Assembly: GCA_046753765.1 (NCBI GenBank)
Contig: JBHHUN010000006.1
Coordinates: 130-64,129 of the forward strand
Reading direction: 5' to 3'
DNA length: 64,000 nucleotides
Origin: Candidatus Dojkabacteria bacterium
GTDB taxonomy: Bacteria; Patescibacteriota; Dojkabacteria; B142; OLB20
Shown here: positions 49,515-59,277 of the stretch, in pieces
How positions within the stretch are numbered: the stretch's first letter is position 1
Layout: each line of letters begins with the position of its first letter
The notes under the pieces: model-generated
What the model was told of the DNA's origin: nothing
Database searches by the model: none
The model's input: only the letters and a program-made list of their open reading frames with translations
Position numbers and translations under genes: made by a program

Positions 49515-49775
49515 ATGCGGAAGTTTACATCTACGCAACTAAACAGAGAGAGTAGAACAATTGTCAAAACTGTACTTAAGAATCCGGACGAGCCTGTTGT
49601 GATATACAATCACAAGGATCCGGAGGTCGTAATCATTAGCTACTCCACCTGGAAAAAAAGAAAGAGGCTTGGACAGAAATTACCTGCACTGGGGGACCTT
49701 GAAAAATATATGATCAAAACTGGGAAGAAAATTGACACTGCGAAGATGATCAGGGAATGGAGAGATGCGGAGTAA
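49515..49775 (+). CDS. Phd/YefM-like antitoxin
   Basis: FTSTQLNRE..EPVVIYNHKDPEVVIISY; C-terminal IREWRD; overlaps the PIN gene. Confidence 0.75.
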   Translation: MRKFTSTQLNRESRTIVKTVLKNPDEPVVIYNHKDPEVVIISYSTWKKRKRLGQKLPALGDLEKYMIKTGKKIDTAKMIREWRDAE

Positions 49776-50157
49776 ACGGGTCATAGATACAAGTTTTGTC
49801 TCGTCTTTGGTTGTTGCAGACGATGTCAATCATCAAAAAGCGATAAAGCTGTACCTTGATCTTAAACCAGGGACAGCACTCATAGCGCCCAGGACGGTTC
49901 AGCTTGAAGCCCTTCATGTTGCAGAGAGATTAGACAGTCACGACTCTATGGTATCTTTTCTGAAGAAACTGAAGGTTCGATGGGTGGACATTGATGAGGG
50001 GTTTATGCGAAAGTACGCGAAATTTTTCAAGGGTAAAAAGGCCAACTTAAAACCGATTGATTCTACAATCTGGTTCCTGGCTACAACGATAAAGGCTAAC
50101 GTACTCAGTTTTGATAGAAAGCTTTTACGGGCAGTTGATGCTGGGTTTGGCAAGTAG
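49765..50157 (+). CDS. PIN-domain (VapC) toxin
   Basis: VIDTS, DVNHQKA, E, ID and SFDRKL acidic residues. Confidence 0.8.
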   Translation: MRSKRVIDTSFVSSLVVADDVNHQKAIKLYLDLKPGTALIAPRTVQLEALHVAERLDSHDSMVSFLKKLKVRWVDIDEGFMRKYAKFFKGKKANLKPIDSTIWFLATTIKANVLSFDRKLLRAVDAGFGK

Positions 50158-50161
50158 AAGA

Positions 50162-50452
50162 CTATGCCTCTCGCTGATCTGCGGGAAGCCATTCCCTGAC
50201 CGTATTGTATGCACTAGCAGCGCCTTGCCTCACGGTTTTGGCAGTATGAGTGACACCATCCCGTGCAATTCTAGCCATATTTCTTGCTCCATTGCGTGTT
50301 CGCTCATGAAAAACTAAGCCTAATCCGTAGTGAATTGTAGATAGTCCAGTAATGGTTAGTAAGATACTTCTAATCTGCCTAAAAGGCCTTTTTGGGAGAT
50401 CATCTTCAATAGATCTCAACTCGACTGGACCTGAATCTGGACCCGTAGCCAT
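50162..50452 (-). CDS. Hypothetical small membrane protein
   Basis: Short ORF with one hydrophobic segment; start uncertain. Confidence 0.4.
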   Translation of the reverse strand: MATGPDSGPVELRSIEDDLPKRPFRQIRSILLTITGLSTIHYGLGLVFHERTRNGARNMARIARDGVTHTAKTVRQGAASAYNTVREWLPADQREA

Positions 50453-50582
50453 GTTATATTTGATAACAAAAAGATATACTTTCATTATATAACGGACGAT
50501 GGGAATCATGTCACACTCCTGCAAAAAGTTGAGATACACTGGGGATGTGTGGAATAATGAGCGATATAACAGCAGACCATAA

Positions 50583-51896
50583 ATGGATCTTCACTACAAA
50601 GACTCAGCACTTATCGATGAGAATGAACTGTCAGCCGAACTTGAGCGACTGAGGCCGTACAGGGATCATCTGGCGGAAGTGGTTGAGAACAACGATCTCA
50701 CTGTACCAGAGGCTTCCATTAATCTTCCTGGACGCATCGAGACTCTGGAGGAAATTGAAGAGATGGCAGCAAAAGTAGGGACAAAATCACTGCGTTACGT
50801 TCTCGTGATAGGCATTGGTGGATCCAATCTTGGTGCTCAGGCGATTTACAACGCAATCTACGGTAAAGAATACAACTTTCTCGAACATCAACAAACCGAG
50901 CTTTTGTTTTTAGATACCGTTTCACCGACTCGCCTTAAGAACATCCTGGATCTCCTGAGAGATGAGATTAAAGACCCCAGGGAGCTTCTTGTAAATGTTG
51001 TAAGCAAGTCAGGGAGCACAAACGAAACGATTGCAAACTTCAAGATTGTTTTGCAGCAACTACAAGAGCTGTTTCCGAATATTCAAGATCGATTTGTGTT
51101 CACAACAGATAAAGGGACAGACCTGTGGAATACAGCACAAAAGGAGGGCGCCCACATTCTTGAGCATCCTCAACATGTTGGAGGTAGATATTCAGTTCTC
51201 TCGGTCGTTGGACTCTTTCCATTGTATTTGGCAGGAGTTGACACAAAAGCCCTCTTAGAAGGTGCTAGTTCGATGGTCGAAAATAGTATTGATGAAGATT
51301 TCAGTAACAGCCTTTCCAGACTGTCTGCGGGCATAATTTACATCCATGCGAAGAGGGGGATTAGAATTAACAATAGCTTCTTTTTTAACCCAGAGCTTGA
51401 ATCAGTAGGAAAGTGGTACAGACAACTAATGGGCGAGAGCATTGGTAAACAGTATGATGTTGACGGTACCGAGGTAAACTCCGGCATTACACCAATTGTC
51501 TCAATCGGCTCGACAGACCTCCATTCTATGGCGCAGCTGTACTATGGGGGGCCACATGATAAGTTAACCAATATCGTCTTTGCGCGGCATCCGGAGGGTG
51601 AATTTCCTATTCCGGATAGTGACACCTATTCAGGTTTGGTAGAGAGTCTTAAGGGGAAAAGTGCGGGAGAATTGATGGATGCGATTATTGGTGGTGTTAA
51701 GAAAGCCTACGAAAACAACGGGTTACCATATGTCGAGGTTGAGCTTCCGGGTATCAACGAAAGGTCCATTGGGAGCTATATGCAGATGAAGATGGTGGAG
51801 ATGATGTATCTTGCGAAACTAATGAACCTGAACGCGTTTGACCAGCCCAGTGTTGAAGATTATAAATTAGAAACAAAAAAACTACTAAAATTATGA
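50583..51896 (+). CDS. pgi: Glucose-6-phosphate isomerase (SIS type)
   Basis: IGIGGS, SKSGST, VGGRYSVLS, QLMGESIGK, DLHS, FDQPSVEDYK. Confidence 0.95.
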   Translation: MDLHYKDSALIDENELSAELERLRPYRDHLAEVVENNDLTVPEASINLPGRIETLEEIEEMAAKVGTKSLRYVLVIGIGGSNLGAQAIYNAIYGKEYNFLEHQQTELLFLDTVSPTRLKNILDLLRDEIKDPRELLVNVVSKSGSTNETIANFKIVLQQLQELFPNIQDRFVFTTDKGTDLWNTAQKEGAHILEHPQHVGGRYSVLSVVGLFPLYLAGVDTKALLEGASSMVENSIDEDFSNSLSRLSAGIIYIHAKRGIRINNSFFFNPELESVGKWYRQLMGESIGKQYDVDGTEVNSGITPIVSIGSTDLHSMAQLYYGGPHDKLTNIVFARHPEGEFPIPDSDTYSGLVESLKGKSAGELMDAIIGGVKKAYENNGLPYVEVELPGINERSIGSYMQMKMVEMMYLAKLMNLNAFDQPSVEDYKLETKKLLKL

Positions 51897-52264
51897 AAAT
51901 ATACGTATCACACTCAAGCAATTTTGACTACAAGGTAGAGCTGTACGCTCCCATTCGTGAGTCAGAGCTTAATAAAGTTCATAGATTCACGCTCCCTCAT
52001 GAGGACTCCGATGAGCAGTACGATTCCCGCACAGAGATGCCGGAATTTGGAATGGTGCTGGCTGAGGTATCGTTCCCCTCAACGGGACAAGGTATTGAGC
52101 TTGGCTGGGCGGATAGCGAGACGATCCCAATTGTGTGTATTTATAAAACGGGCGCAAAGATCTCCGGGGCGCTGGAGGTAATCAGCGATGTATTCATTGA
52201 TTACGATGATTCGCAGGACATGATCATCAAATTCACCGACTTTCTGGCGCAGGACACAATTTAG
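51893..52264 (+). CDS. Nucleoside 2-deoxyribosyltransferase-like protein
   Basis: KIYVSHS, LPH, AEVSFPSTGQGIELGWA. Confidence 0.75.
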   Translation: MKIYVSHSSNFDYKVELYAPIRESELNKVHRFTLPHEDSDEQYDSRTEMPEFGMVLAEVSFPSTGQGIELGWADSETIPIVCIYKTGAKISGALEVISDVFIDYDDSQDMIIKFTDFLAQDTI

Positions 52265-52364
52265 GGATACTACTATCCTAGCAGCACACACGAAGCATAC
52301 GAGGAGTGGCAGAGGGCGGCAAAATAAACTATAGTATCCACATAACATCTTATTTATCCAGACC

Positions 52365-52973
52365 ATGGAACAACAAACTGAATCGCAGGCTCCTATGCCA
52401 GCAGCTCCACCACAGAAGAGCAACATCATTCTTTATGTGCTGATCGCCTTCATTCTTGGGTTAATATTGGGAGCGCTCGGCTTTTCACTTCTTGGCGGCA
52501 CGCTAAATACAACAACCGATAACAAGACTGAGCCAACCGCCACGGTAGAACCGACCGAGGCAGTCCCTGCAGTCGATCTCACACAAAAATGTACAACCGA
52601 TTCGTTAAATGTGACGGTAAACCTGCCTGCAGGCTGGACCTGTAAAGGTGACGAGGTAGGCAGTGCAAACTTCGCCCTTGAAATCAGTGGCAACGATTTT
52701 GATATTACGATCAGTAACCTGGGGCGAGGGGTTGGTTGTGCACCAGGTGCTGACTCTGATGATTGTACTGAAGAAGAGTATTACAAGGGAGATGCAGTCG
52801 ACCTAACCGTTCAAAGGACTGATGGTGTGATGGGAGAGATCTATGGACCCATGAAGGTCAAGGATGAGTCAGGCGGTTTCCCGTTTATCTTTATCACCTA
52901 TACCGGAACAGAGGATGAGATGCCGGCAGCAAGCAAAGACCTTCTAACCGCAATCCTTGATGGAATCGAATAA
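52365..52973 (+). CDS. Hypothetical membrane-anchored protein
   Basis: TM, Thr/Pro linker, four Cys. Confidence 0.7.
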   Translation: MEQQTESQAPMPAAPPQKSNIILYVLIAFILGLILGALGFSLLGGTLNTTTDNKTEPTATVEPTEAVPAVDLTQKCTTDSLNVTVNLPAGWTCKGDEVGSANFALEISGNDFDITISNLGRGVGCAPGADSDDCTEEEYYKGDAVDLTVQRTDGVMGEIYGPMKVKDESGGFPFIFITYTGTEDEMPAASKDLLTAILDGIE

Positions 52974-52982
52974 AAGCTGACC

Positions 52983-53422
52983 TTGACGATAAACATAGAA
53001 CCAACAAACGAAAAATGTGCCGGGTTGATTCTTGACAAAGAGGGCAGACTGCTCATTGTTGAACCGACAGGTAAGGAACTATGGATTAATGTTGGTGGGA
53101 AGATTGAAGATGGTGAAACACATCTGGAATGTCTCGCCCGCGAAATAGAAGAGGAGTTGTGTCTTGAACTCAAGGGTGAAGTAACTCCATATCATGTTAG
53201 TGCAGTTGTCCCTGCTGCAAACAATCCCGAAAAGACTGTTAGAATATCCATTCTTACTTAGTTGAGGTAGAAGAGCTCTCCCCGCGCATAGAAAAACACG
53301 AAAAGTTAAGTGATTTCCACTGGCTCACAATGAAAGAGTACGAAGAAGGGAAGTACAAACTGGGTAGTATCCTACAGGACTTCATAATCCCAAAGCTGAT
53401 AGAGGACGGTCTGATGAAATAG
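52983..53422 (+). pseudogene. NUDIX hydrolase split by a frameshift
   Basis: GGKIEDGETHLECLAREIEEEL; frame stops at 53261 and the -1 frame continues YLVEV..FHWL..IIPKLIEDGLMK* to 53422. Confidence 0.75.
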
Positions 53423-53457
53423 TTTTGTGGCATAGTGATCCGGCCGGAGTTACTCAG

Positions 53458-54927
53458 CTATTGTGTGCTTTGAGTAGCAGGGACCTGGCAATCCATCCCG
53501 TTTTGTATCCCATCGAGGCCAAGCCAGGCGAGTGTCCTGACGTCGTTATTAGGATCAGCGAACACCCAGTAGCATTCCTGTGAGTACACGGGGGTCTGCT
53601 CGCGGTGTGCGTCAAAGATACTTTCGGATCGTTGTTTTGCAATCTGAAGAAACTGCAGATTATATGTTAGGCCGTCATTTCCTGCGAGGTGCTCGTTAAC
53701 AGCGTACAACTCTTGCTCGAATATGCTGGTTGTGCCCCAGAGCTTTTTGCTCACCGGGTCGGATGAAGAAAACAAGCTCGTTAGAACAATAAGGGGTAAG
53801 ATGATCTTAACCATCCAGCCAAAGAAGGTGGATTTTTCAATGATCATATATGTAGTATAAGCAACCCCCAGGAGTAGAATAGGGATGAGCGGAAGTCCAT
53901 AGCGTGTAATTGTATAGGTCTGAAATGTAAGGACTGTCAAGAAATATCCAAGGAAGAATAAAAGCATTGCGGCGAACACACGAATCTTCTGATCCCCGGC
54001 TTTTACTGCAGCAACAATGTTTCTCTTTTGCCCTCTTTTTGCCGTCCATAGATAAAGAATTGGTCCTGTCAAAAAGATGCCCCATAAAACCCAGTTGAAG
54101 TTAAGGATGAGCAACTGGTTCCAGTTTTGAAAAGCCCACTGATTGAGGAAGTCGAGTGAAACCAGGTTATTTATAACTGTCGCAATAGCACCAATCTCCG
54201 GATTATTTGTGAATATCCAATCCCCCCAGACCTTGCTACCGTTCGAACTTAAAAAGGATTGCCAGGCTATAAATACTAAAAAGGGTAGCAATATAAGTAG
54301 TTTTTTGTAGTTTGCTTTTAGCTTCAATTTCTTTCTCTTTATTATTTGAGTCAGCAGCTGATATATCCCAAATAGGAGCTCAGTGGCAATCACAGCACCG
54401 GCAAGTGCAAGGCCCTGCTCTTTGATCATAACGGCTAACATTAGCGTAAATCCAAGTAACAGATATCTTTTCTCGAGATATAGAAACAGAGTTGCCAGTA
54501 GAACAACCGCCAGTACGAAGTCTTTCAGCCAGAAGAGACTTAAAGACAGGTAGAGAGGTGATGTTGATATGAGCAGCGCGAAGATAAGCCCAACTTTTTT
54601 ACTGAACAGCCGTGAGCCGAGCAGGTACGCAAACACAACCCCAATAATAGAAATCGTTATTCCAATCAGGTTGTATATGATGTGGCTGACACCAAATAGT
54701 TTGATAGCTGTTGATCCGAGAAGTACCTTAAAGGGAGGATGAATACTGGCCCAGTTTGCTATCAACTGATCAAATCCACCCTCGAAGAAATCCATTGACT
54801 GGACGAAATCAATATTGCCATCAAGATAGGGGAGTGTACTTGCGAACAGTCCTGTGAGGAGGACTACCAATGTGACGGGCAGGGCGAGAGTGCGGTTTTC
54901 TTTCAGCCACTTTCTGAGTGCCTTCAT
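53458..54927 (-). CDS. GT-C fold glycosyltransferase (ArnT/PMT-like)
   Basis: Multi-TM; YLDG, HPP, KD, KEQG, RY motifs. Confidence 0.75.
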   Translation of the reverse strand: MKALRKWLKENRTLALPVTLVVLLTGLFASTLPYLDGNIDFVQSMDFFEGGFDQLIANWASIHPPFKVLLGSTAIKLFGVSHIIYNLIGITISIIGVVFAYLLGSRLFSKKVGLIFALLISTSPLYLSLSLFWLKDFVLAVVLLATLFLYLEKRYLLLGFTLMLAVMIKEQGLALAGAVIATELLFGIYQLLTQIIKRKKLKLKANYKKLLILLPFLVFIAWQSFLSSNGSKVWGDWIFTNNPEIGAIATVINNLVSLDFLNQWAFQNWNQLLILNFNWVLWGIFLTGPILYLWTAKRGQKRNIVAAVKAGDQKIRVFAAMLLFFLGYFLTVLTFQTYTITRYGLPLIPILLLGVAYTTYMIIEKSTFFGWMVKIILPLIVLTSLFSSSDPVSKKLWGTTSIFEQELYAVNEHLAGNDGLTYNLQFLQIAKQRSESIFDAHREQTPVYSQECYWVFADPNNDVRTLAWLGLDGIQNGMDCQVPATQSTQ

Positions 54928-55670
54928 CCCTCTGTAGGCAGTTCGTCTTGAATAAATTTCACAGTTTTTGCAATAACTTCGTCTTGCTCGTGCCTAAAGG
55001 AATGATCTGCTCCCTGTAGCAGTCCTAGCTCCTTGATACCCGGAAGAAGTTCAAATGCTTTTTCAGATTGTTGATAGGGGACGTCTTTATCTGAGTCACC
55101 ATGAAGAAGCAGCGTGGGAACATATACTTTTTTAAGTAGATCGTATACATCTACGTCAACAATCTCTTTGTAGAGTTTTGGTCCGACCCTGAACTCTTCT
55201 ATTTCTACGAACCCTTCCTTTTTCAGTTTTTCTTCTGAACGTACGTTTATGAAGTCTCTGAACAAGCAATCCCGAAGTTCAAATAGGGGATACCAGAACA
55301 CCATCATATCGACCTTTTCAGTGTAGGCTTTTGCTAAGACAGCCCCGGCGAAGCTTTCGCCAACAAGGATAATCCTCTTATATCTTTCTTTCTTTGCGTG
55401 TCCAATGATTGTTTTTAAATCCTTGACTTCTCCTGCAAGTGTCATGTCTTCCTGGTTACCTTCACTTGGAGAAGTGCCTCGGAAATTGAATCGGATCACA
55501 GAATAACCCTCTTCTTGTAGTCTTCTAGAAAGCTTGACATAGATATCCTGTGGACCGTTCATGTTGCCAGTATAACCATGTGCCAAAATGACAACCGCTT
55601 TTTGCCCTGGATTTTCAATCACCCCAAACAGCTCCTGCCCCGCCACTTTTAACTTTAGATCCTGATGCAT
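54924..55670 (-). CDS. Alpha/beta hydrolase
   Basis: HGY, GESFAG nucleophile elbow, HGDSDKDVP, ADH. Confidence 0.88.
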   Translation of the reverse strand: MHQDLKLKVAGQELFGVIENPGQKAVVILAHGYTGNMNGPQDIYVKLSRRLQEEGYSVIRFNFRGTSPSEGNQEDMTLAGEVKDLKTIIGHAKKERYKRIILVGESFAGAVLAKAYTEKVDMMVFWYPLFELRDCLFRDFINVRSEEKLKKEGFVEIEEFRVGPKLYKEIVDVDVYDLLKKVYVPTLLLHGDSDKDVPYQQSEKAFELLPGIKELGLLQGADHSFRHEQDEVIAKTVKFIQDELPTEG

Positions 55671-55751
55671 GGCGATATTATACAATTTGAACGTAGCGTT
55701 GACTATCTTAAGAGCATTGAACTACACATCCATTTGATAGATAATTCATAC

Positions 55752-56195
55752 ATGTCAGGAGACAATACAGACACAAATATTAAGCAGTTCCGAAACGGTG
55801 GATGGGATAACAGAGGTGTTTCCGTGGATGCGATTGTCGTTAATGAGCACGGTGAGCTGCTGCTAATCAGGAGAGGAGTGGAGCCCTTTAAGGGAAGCTG
55901 GGCGCTGCCGGGTGGTTACGTTGACTGGGATGAAACCGTTGAAGAGGCTGTTGCGAGGGAACTTAAAGAAGAGACAACACTTGACGCTGTGAGCATGGTT
56001 TTGATCGGAGTATTCAGTAAGCCATCCCGGCACCCAAACCAGGTAATTAATGTTGCGTTTCTGGTTGAGGCAAAGGGAGATGCCTCTGCAGGTGATGACG
56101 CTGTTGATCTTAGATATCTCCCTTTAAGTGATCTTCCAAAGTTGGCGTTTGATCATGCAGAGATAATTTCGGATTACCTGAAGCGAAATGATTAA
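55752..56195 (+). CDS. NUDIX hydrolase (ADP-ribose pyrophosphatase-like)
   Basis: WALPGGYVDWDETVEEAVARELKEET, AGDDA, LAFDH. Confidence 0.92.
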   Translation: MSGDNTDTNIKQFRNGGWDNRGVSVDAIVVNEHGELLLIRRGVEPFKGSWALPGGYVDWDETVEEAVARELKEETTLDAVSMVLIGVFSKPSRHPNQVINVAFLVEAKGDASAGDDAVDLRYLPLSDLPKLAFDHAEIISDYLKRND

Positions 56196-57036
56196 AGCAG
56201 TTATTCTTGATGTTGATGGTGTGATTGTCGGTGGTAAGCCAGGAGTGAACTTTCCATATCCCTCAGACAAAGTTATCACAGCATTAAAAAAGCTGAATGC
56301 CAGTGGAGTGCCGGTGGCGCTCATGACATCAAAATCTCATTTCGGAACGATGAAGATCATTGAAGACGCTGAGCTTGGGTCCAGCATTCATATTACAGAT
56401 GGTGGTTCGGTTATTATCGACTGGTCAAACGGAACAATAGATGCCCACAGGACAATTGATAAGGCAGTTGTGGGGAAGGCCCTGCAGAAGCTATTAGGTG
56501 AGACGATCTACACCGAGGTGTACACAACTCAGGCCTGGCACGTTCAGAGTAATCTTGATGGTGAGATGCACAAGGTTCACGCGGAGATACTTCAGAAGCA
56601 GCCCGAGGTTGTCCGTGATTTAAAGAGTTTTGTTGAAGAGCTGCCGGTAACAAAAATCATTGCCTCGCCAAGCCCTGAGCATGAGGCCCTGCAAAAAGAG
56701 ATGATTGAAATATTGGACCCTGAGCTTAAGGTCAGTTGGAGCAGCCACCCGGCATTTGGACAACGGAAGTTGGCGATAATTACCCCTAAAGCTGTATCAA
56801 AGCGCTCAGGGGCTGAGCGTATATCGGAGCATTTGAGTATAGAGCTAAATGATTTTCTTGGTGTAGGGGATAACTTATCCGATTGGCAGTTTATGGAGTT
56901 TTGTGGGTACACTGCGACTGTTGCTAACGGATCGGATGAGCTAAAAAAGCTCGTTGGTGAGGCGAATGGATTTCTTGGCCCTTCGGTTGATGACAATGGA
57001 ATCCTTGATATCTTCGAACACTTTAATCTTTTATAG
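56188..57036 (+). CDS. Cof-type HAD hydrolase
   Basis: DVDG, SK, GDNLSD motifs with a C2 cap. Confidence 0.88.
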   Translation: MIKAVILDVDGVIVGGKPGVNFPYPSDKVITALKKLNASGVPVALMTSKSHFGTMKIIEDAELGSSIHITDGGSVIIDWSNGTIDAHRTIDKAVVGKALQKLLGETIYTEVYTTQAWHVQSNLDGEMHKVHAEILQKQPEVVRDLKSFVEELPVTKIIASPSPEHEALQKEMIEILDPELKVSWSSHPAFGQRKLAIITPKAVSKRSGAERISEHLSIELNDFLGVGDNLSDWQFMEFCGYTATVANGSDELKKLVGEANGFLGPSVDDNGILDIFEHFNLL

Positions 57037-57043
57037 TTAGATT

Positions 57044-57240
57044 ATGGATACAACAACAATAGTTGGAATCAGTGGGGACGGTGGCATAAAGACAGTATTA
57101 GCTACGACCTAGCCAACTTTCTTGGCGGCTCAATTCTGGTCATCTACGCACTGCTTCTTTCTAGCTGGCCGTTTGTATTGCTCAATTTCGTCTGGGCAGG
57201 TTTCTCACTGAGGGACATTCTCAAGAGGGGTGGCTCCTAG
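57044..57240 (+). pseudogene. CBU_0592-like small membrane protein with frameshifting deletion
   Basis: MDTTTIVGISG, then in another frame GRWHKDSISYDLANFLGGSILVIYALLLSSWPFVLLNFVW; the first TM is truncated. Confidence 0.6.
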
Positions 57241-57247
57241 TCCAGAC

Positions 57248-59215
57248 TTAGTATTTGAAGACGAGTACTGCGTAGGGAGCAATGACCTCGATTGGAATCC
57301 CGTATTTGAAATACTTGAAGAGGCAAGTTTTCTCTGGAGTAAACGTTTCCTGGTAGTGAGTCCTGCCGCTCCCAGAGTATTCAAAGCTGTCACTGTTGAG
57401 AATCAACTTATGCTCAGTTTGCACCACAGTTGGTACCGTGAAATCTGTAGTCAAGATAGATGAGATGTTTATGACAATCAGAAACCCATGTTTATCTTTG
57501 GGGTCGGCACTCCTTTTAATAACCAACGTCTTTGATGCTTCATCTAGATTGATATACTGACGTTTATCTGTATTGACTGGCCAGAACGCCTCATCTTCCA
57601 TAGTCTCGTTGATGCATCTTTTGAAATTCAACATCCCTCTGATCGCTTCAGTTTGCTCAAGAAACCAATGAATTGTAGAGTCATGTTCAAAAGTTCCAGT
57701 CTGCAGAAGAAAGGTTTGTAATAAGTCTAGTGTTCGTCCTTCTGCTCCATAGCTAATCAATGCCTCCATAACTTTTATCTTTCCGATTGCATGGAAGTGC
57801 AGTTCGGGATTATCGAGAAGTAATGCATCATATGCGTAAGAACCGGTAGCTCTACCCGTCATCAATCCAGCAGCTGCATCATGGTTATGAAAATCGGCAA
57901 CAGTAGAATTTGATTTCCCCCATTCTTTCTCTTCGGCAATATCCTTAAACTTCCAAATACTTACCTCGTCTGATGACATAGGCATTAATTTAGAATGAAA
58001 GTAGTAAGTCAGGCGGGACGATGTATAGGCGGTTGCTCCCAGAGCCTGTTTGTGGCTTTTAAGTGGAGCGACCAGCAAGTGTGCATTGTTCTTATAAAAA
58101 TAGTGAGACTCGTAATTGAGTAGAGTTTGTGGAGCGTACGAATACACGGTCTCGGCGAAAGTTCGCATAAATTCTCTGGCGTGAGGCCTCCCTTCCCCTT
58201 GTCCTGCAGCTCCCTTACGCAGTATTCCATCTACGTTATCTATACGAAAGCCATCAACGCGATAATGCTTAATGAAGTGGATTGCAGAGTCTGTGACGAA
58301 TCTTCGGATATTCTCATCAGATATGCGGTAGCGTTTTGTTCCCCAAGATGTCCTCTCTCCCAAAAATACTTGCTGGTCATCATTATCTTTCCAGTGGTGA
58401 ATTCCTATGTCTTCGGCCGGGATATTAAAGATGGTGAAGTCTTTGTATGGCGCGTGCGAGATCACCAGATCGAGTATGACTGCGATGCCATGTTTATGGA
58501 ATGTATCAATCATTCTGGTAAACTCATCGGGGTCCCCCCAATAGTCATTAATAGAATAGAGAAAGGGGACAAGGTAGCGCATGCTCCACTTTCCTCCGTC
58601 GATAGATCTTGCAACAGGCAGAAACTGAATAGTGTTAAATCCAAGGTCCTTAATCTTTTTAATCACACCGCTCTCAGTTATGAAGCGGTAAGAGTCTGAA
58701 GTATCAATCTCCCAACCAAGTTTTCCGGACTTAGATCTAAAGTGAGTAATTAGTCCTGGCAGATCAGTCTGAAGTATCCTGGTAGACCTCTTTAGCTTAT
58801 CCGGGGGATTATGCCTAAGCTGGTACGTCCCCGGATCGTCGTAATCCCAAAAGACAGAATTACCTTTATTATCAAAAAAGACACTCGCTGGATCGCGGAG
58901 ATGTACACCATTAACCAGGAATAGATAAGGCGTCTTATGCTTTATCTTTCCTTCGCTCACCTTAAGGGTGAAAAAGGTTGAAGTCTTGTCGGGTTTCAGT
59001 GTGTAGTTTCTGCCGCTTGTCTTTCCCCAATCGTTGAATGGTCCTACAAGGGTTATGTGGGTGAATTTCTGTTTAACGTACAATTTAAATTCAACTGTTT
59101 TCGCCTTGCCGTTTTGATACCTCTTGGTCACTTGTACACCCAAAAGCTGCCTAAACTTCTTTATGTCTTTTTTAGGCTTTTGTCCGGCGAGACTCTGCCA
59201 CTGATAGTCATGCAT
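57248..59215 (-). CDS. GH13 glycogen branching enzyme-like protein
   Basis: CBM48-like LVGPFNDW/RDP; LGFNTIQFLP; ILDLVISH; GFRIDNV; YES; HNHD; LNSD..YSGSG. Confidence 0.8.
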   Translation of the reverse strand: MHDYQWQSLAGQKPKKDIKKFRQLLGVQVTKRYQNGKAKTVEFKLYVKQKFTHITLVGPFNDWGKTSGRNYTLKPDKTSTFFTLKVSEGKIKHKTPYLFLVNGVHLRDPASVFFDNKGNSVFWDYDDPGTYQLRHNPPDKLKRSTRILQTDLPGLITHFRSKSGKLGWEIDTSDSYRFITESGVIKKIKDLGFNTIQFLPVARSIDGGKWSMRYLVPFLYSINDYWGDPDEFTRMIDTFHKHGIAVILDLVISHAPYKDFTIFNIPAEDIGIHHWKDNDDQQVFLGERTSWGTKRYRISDENIRRFVTDSAIHFIKHYRVDGFRIDNVDGILRKGAAGQGEGRPHAREFMRTFAETVYSYAPQTLLNYESHYFYKNNAHLLVAPLKSHKQALGATAYTSSRLTYYFHSKLMPMSSDEVSIWKFKDIAEEKEWGKSNSTVADFHNHDAAAGLMTGRATGSYAYDALLLDNPELHFHAIGKIKVMEALISYGAEGRTLDLLQTFLLQTGTFEHDSTIHWFLEQTEAIRGMLNFKRCINETMEDEAFWPVNTDKRQYINLDEASKTLVIKRSADPKDKHGFLIVINISSILTTDFTVPTVVQTEHKLILNSDSFEYSGSGRTHYQETFTPEKTCLFKYFKYGIPIEVIAPYAVLVFKY

Positions 59216-59277
59216 GTCCTTATTCTACACAAATCCGGGGCGATTTGTTGTAAAATGGCACTGTTGAAGGTAATGCT

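Noticed and set aside
59216-59277. T-box leader for trpS (and for metG)
   Set aside because: No room and no UGGNACC antiterminator; metG overlaps the upstream ORF.
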